A stretch of 62,750 bases of DNA, the filler included, from Sphacelaria rigidula (lineage: Eukaryota), in the NCBI GenBank assembly GCA_964200075.2. It is 10 parts of 10 records of this genome, joined end to end, with 100 filler letters (N's around TTAATTAATTAA, not from the genome) between each part and the next. Parts side by side here need not be neighbours in the genome. Positions count along the whole stretch, not along the records: positions 56,566 to 62,750 come from CAXNAA020021667.1; 9 more parts are not named here. One strand, 5' to 3'. The translations under genes were made by a program, and so were the position numbers. This document shows, piece by piece, positions 61,500-62,750 of this stretch (the stretch's first letter is position 1; every line of letters starts with the position of its first letter). The notes under the pieces were generated by a model that worked only from the letters and a program-made list of their open reading frames with translations, did not search any database and was not told where the DNA came from.

Positions 61500-62200
61500 G
61501 CAAAACCTCACGCCGTTTAAAGGAGTTAGACCCTGAAATTTTGCACAGACATTCTATGGGGCATTCCGCAAGTTTCGAAGGTCGAGGTTTTTCGACTGTT
61601 TGACTTTTTTCACCTTTTTGGGAGGGGGTCCCAGTTTTTTCCGGAAGACATCGATCCGATCGGACCCCCGTGGAACGATAACGAAAAAAATCCTAAAAAA
61701 ACCTCGTTCATTAAAAGTTGCATTATCACGCATAGCACAGCTTTGCGAAATTTCAGGGTCTAACCTCTTGAAACGGCGTGAGTTTTTTTGCTTTTGTGCG
61801 ATGAACTTCGACGTGCCGCGCTGAAACCGCCAACTACTTGATTTTAGTACAAAAACGGCGTTTCTGGGCCTTCTTTGACGTGAAAACGCAAACTCAAGCA
61901 GCAGTTGATCGAGGTTTGCGACAAAATTTCGTGGAGCCCTTCCTTGGGTCATGCGGCGACAAGTCGTTCACTTAAAAATAAAGAAGAAAATGGAACGCCG
62001 GTTTTCGGGGGTCCCAGGATGGAGACTACTTCGAAAACCGATTTGGATCCCGTCGGACTTCCGAAAAATGGTGAAAAACTCAAGAAGTGGAAAAAATATT
62101 GTCTACAGGAAGTTGCGTAATGATGCATTACATTTTTGTGCAAAGTGTCAGGATCGAACTCCTGGTAAAGGCGTGAATTTTTCCGCGTTTGTGGAGGACC
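61500..62200. mobile_element. Non-autonomous DNA-transposon-like region with internal inverted and direct repeats
   Basis: ctcacgccgttt.aag..gttagaccctgaaattt at ~61507-61541 is inverted at ~61748-61782, with a diverged third copy at ~62135-62182. Confidence 0.5.
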
Positions 62201-62750
62201 TGGACTTGAAACGTGCAACTCCTAACTACGTAGTATTAGTATCGAAACGTCTTCTGGGGTGTATTTTATATCTCAAGGCAAGAAAAACGGCATGAGGTTT
62301 TTCGAGTGTTTCCACCAAACTTCGTACATGTGTTCCTTGAACTATCCCGGGACGCATCACTTTATCATTGTTGTATTTTAGGGCATTTTGTACCACCTTC
62401 TGGGGGTCTTCATACTGGGACCCCCCGAAGCCGGTAAAGAACGGAGAAACCGTGAAATGTTGTCAAGATTTTTTTTTTTTTCCATTTGCAGCATCAATAC
62501 CTACGGAACTGCCAAGTTTGAGGGCGACCTGAGCTTTTCTACACCAGATATAGGGGACACCGTCACGAGGCTTGCGGGACTTTCGTGCGCATCGTTGGTC
62601 GAAATTAGACGACGCCAACACCCGACATGACCGAAACATCACGGTTTCGGGTATAATACGACCCCCGTAGTAACCATTTTTTTTTTTTTTTTTATATTTT
62701 TTAACCGATGTCGATTACTATAATTTGAAATATGTGTTTTTTGTGTGAAA

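Overview
This window is eukaryotic, repeat-rich nuclear DNA, most likely from a brown alga (Phaeophyceae). That assignment rests on an EsV-1-7 repeat gene, short exons in long introns and the transposon types present. It is not one locus: it is ten unrelated contigs, each exactly 6185 bp, joined by 100-bp N44-TTAATTAATTAA-N44 linkers, so adjacency across linkers is meaningless. Host gene content: an intronless EsV-1-7 Cys/His-repeat gene (13788-16058), plus isolated exons for an EF-hand calmodulin-like protein, the ISWI remodeller SANT region and a SAM-domain protein. Transposon content: a decayed Ty3/Gypsy pol with a candidate LTR, a PIF/Harbinger element (transposase terminal exon, a convergent partner ORF, and an 11-unit repeat array between them), RTE-like LINE fragments, probable hAT remnants, a tRNA-derived SINE family and several MITE families. 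There is also a 469-bp foldback palindrome and several microsatellites. No CRISPR-Cas, rRNA or intact tRNA was found. The best leads are the higher-order, position-variable EsV-1-7 repeat protein and the repeat array inside the Harbinger element. All protein identifications come from motif recognition by eye, not database searches.
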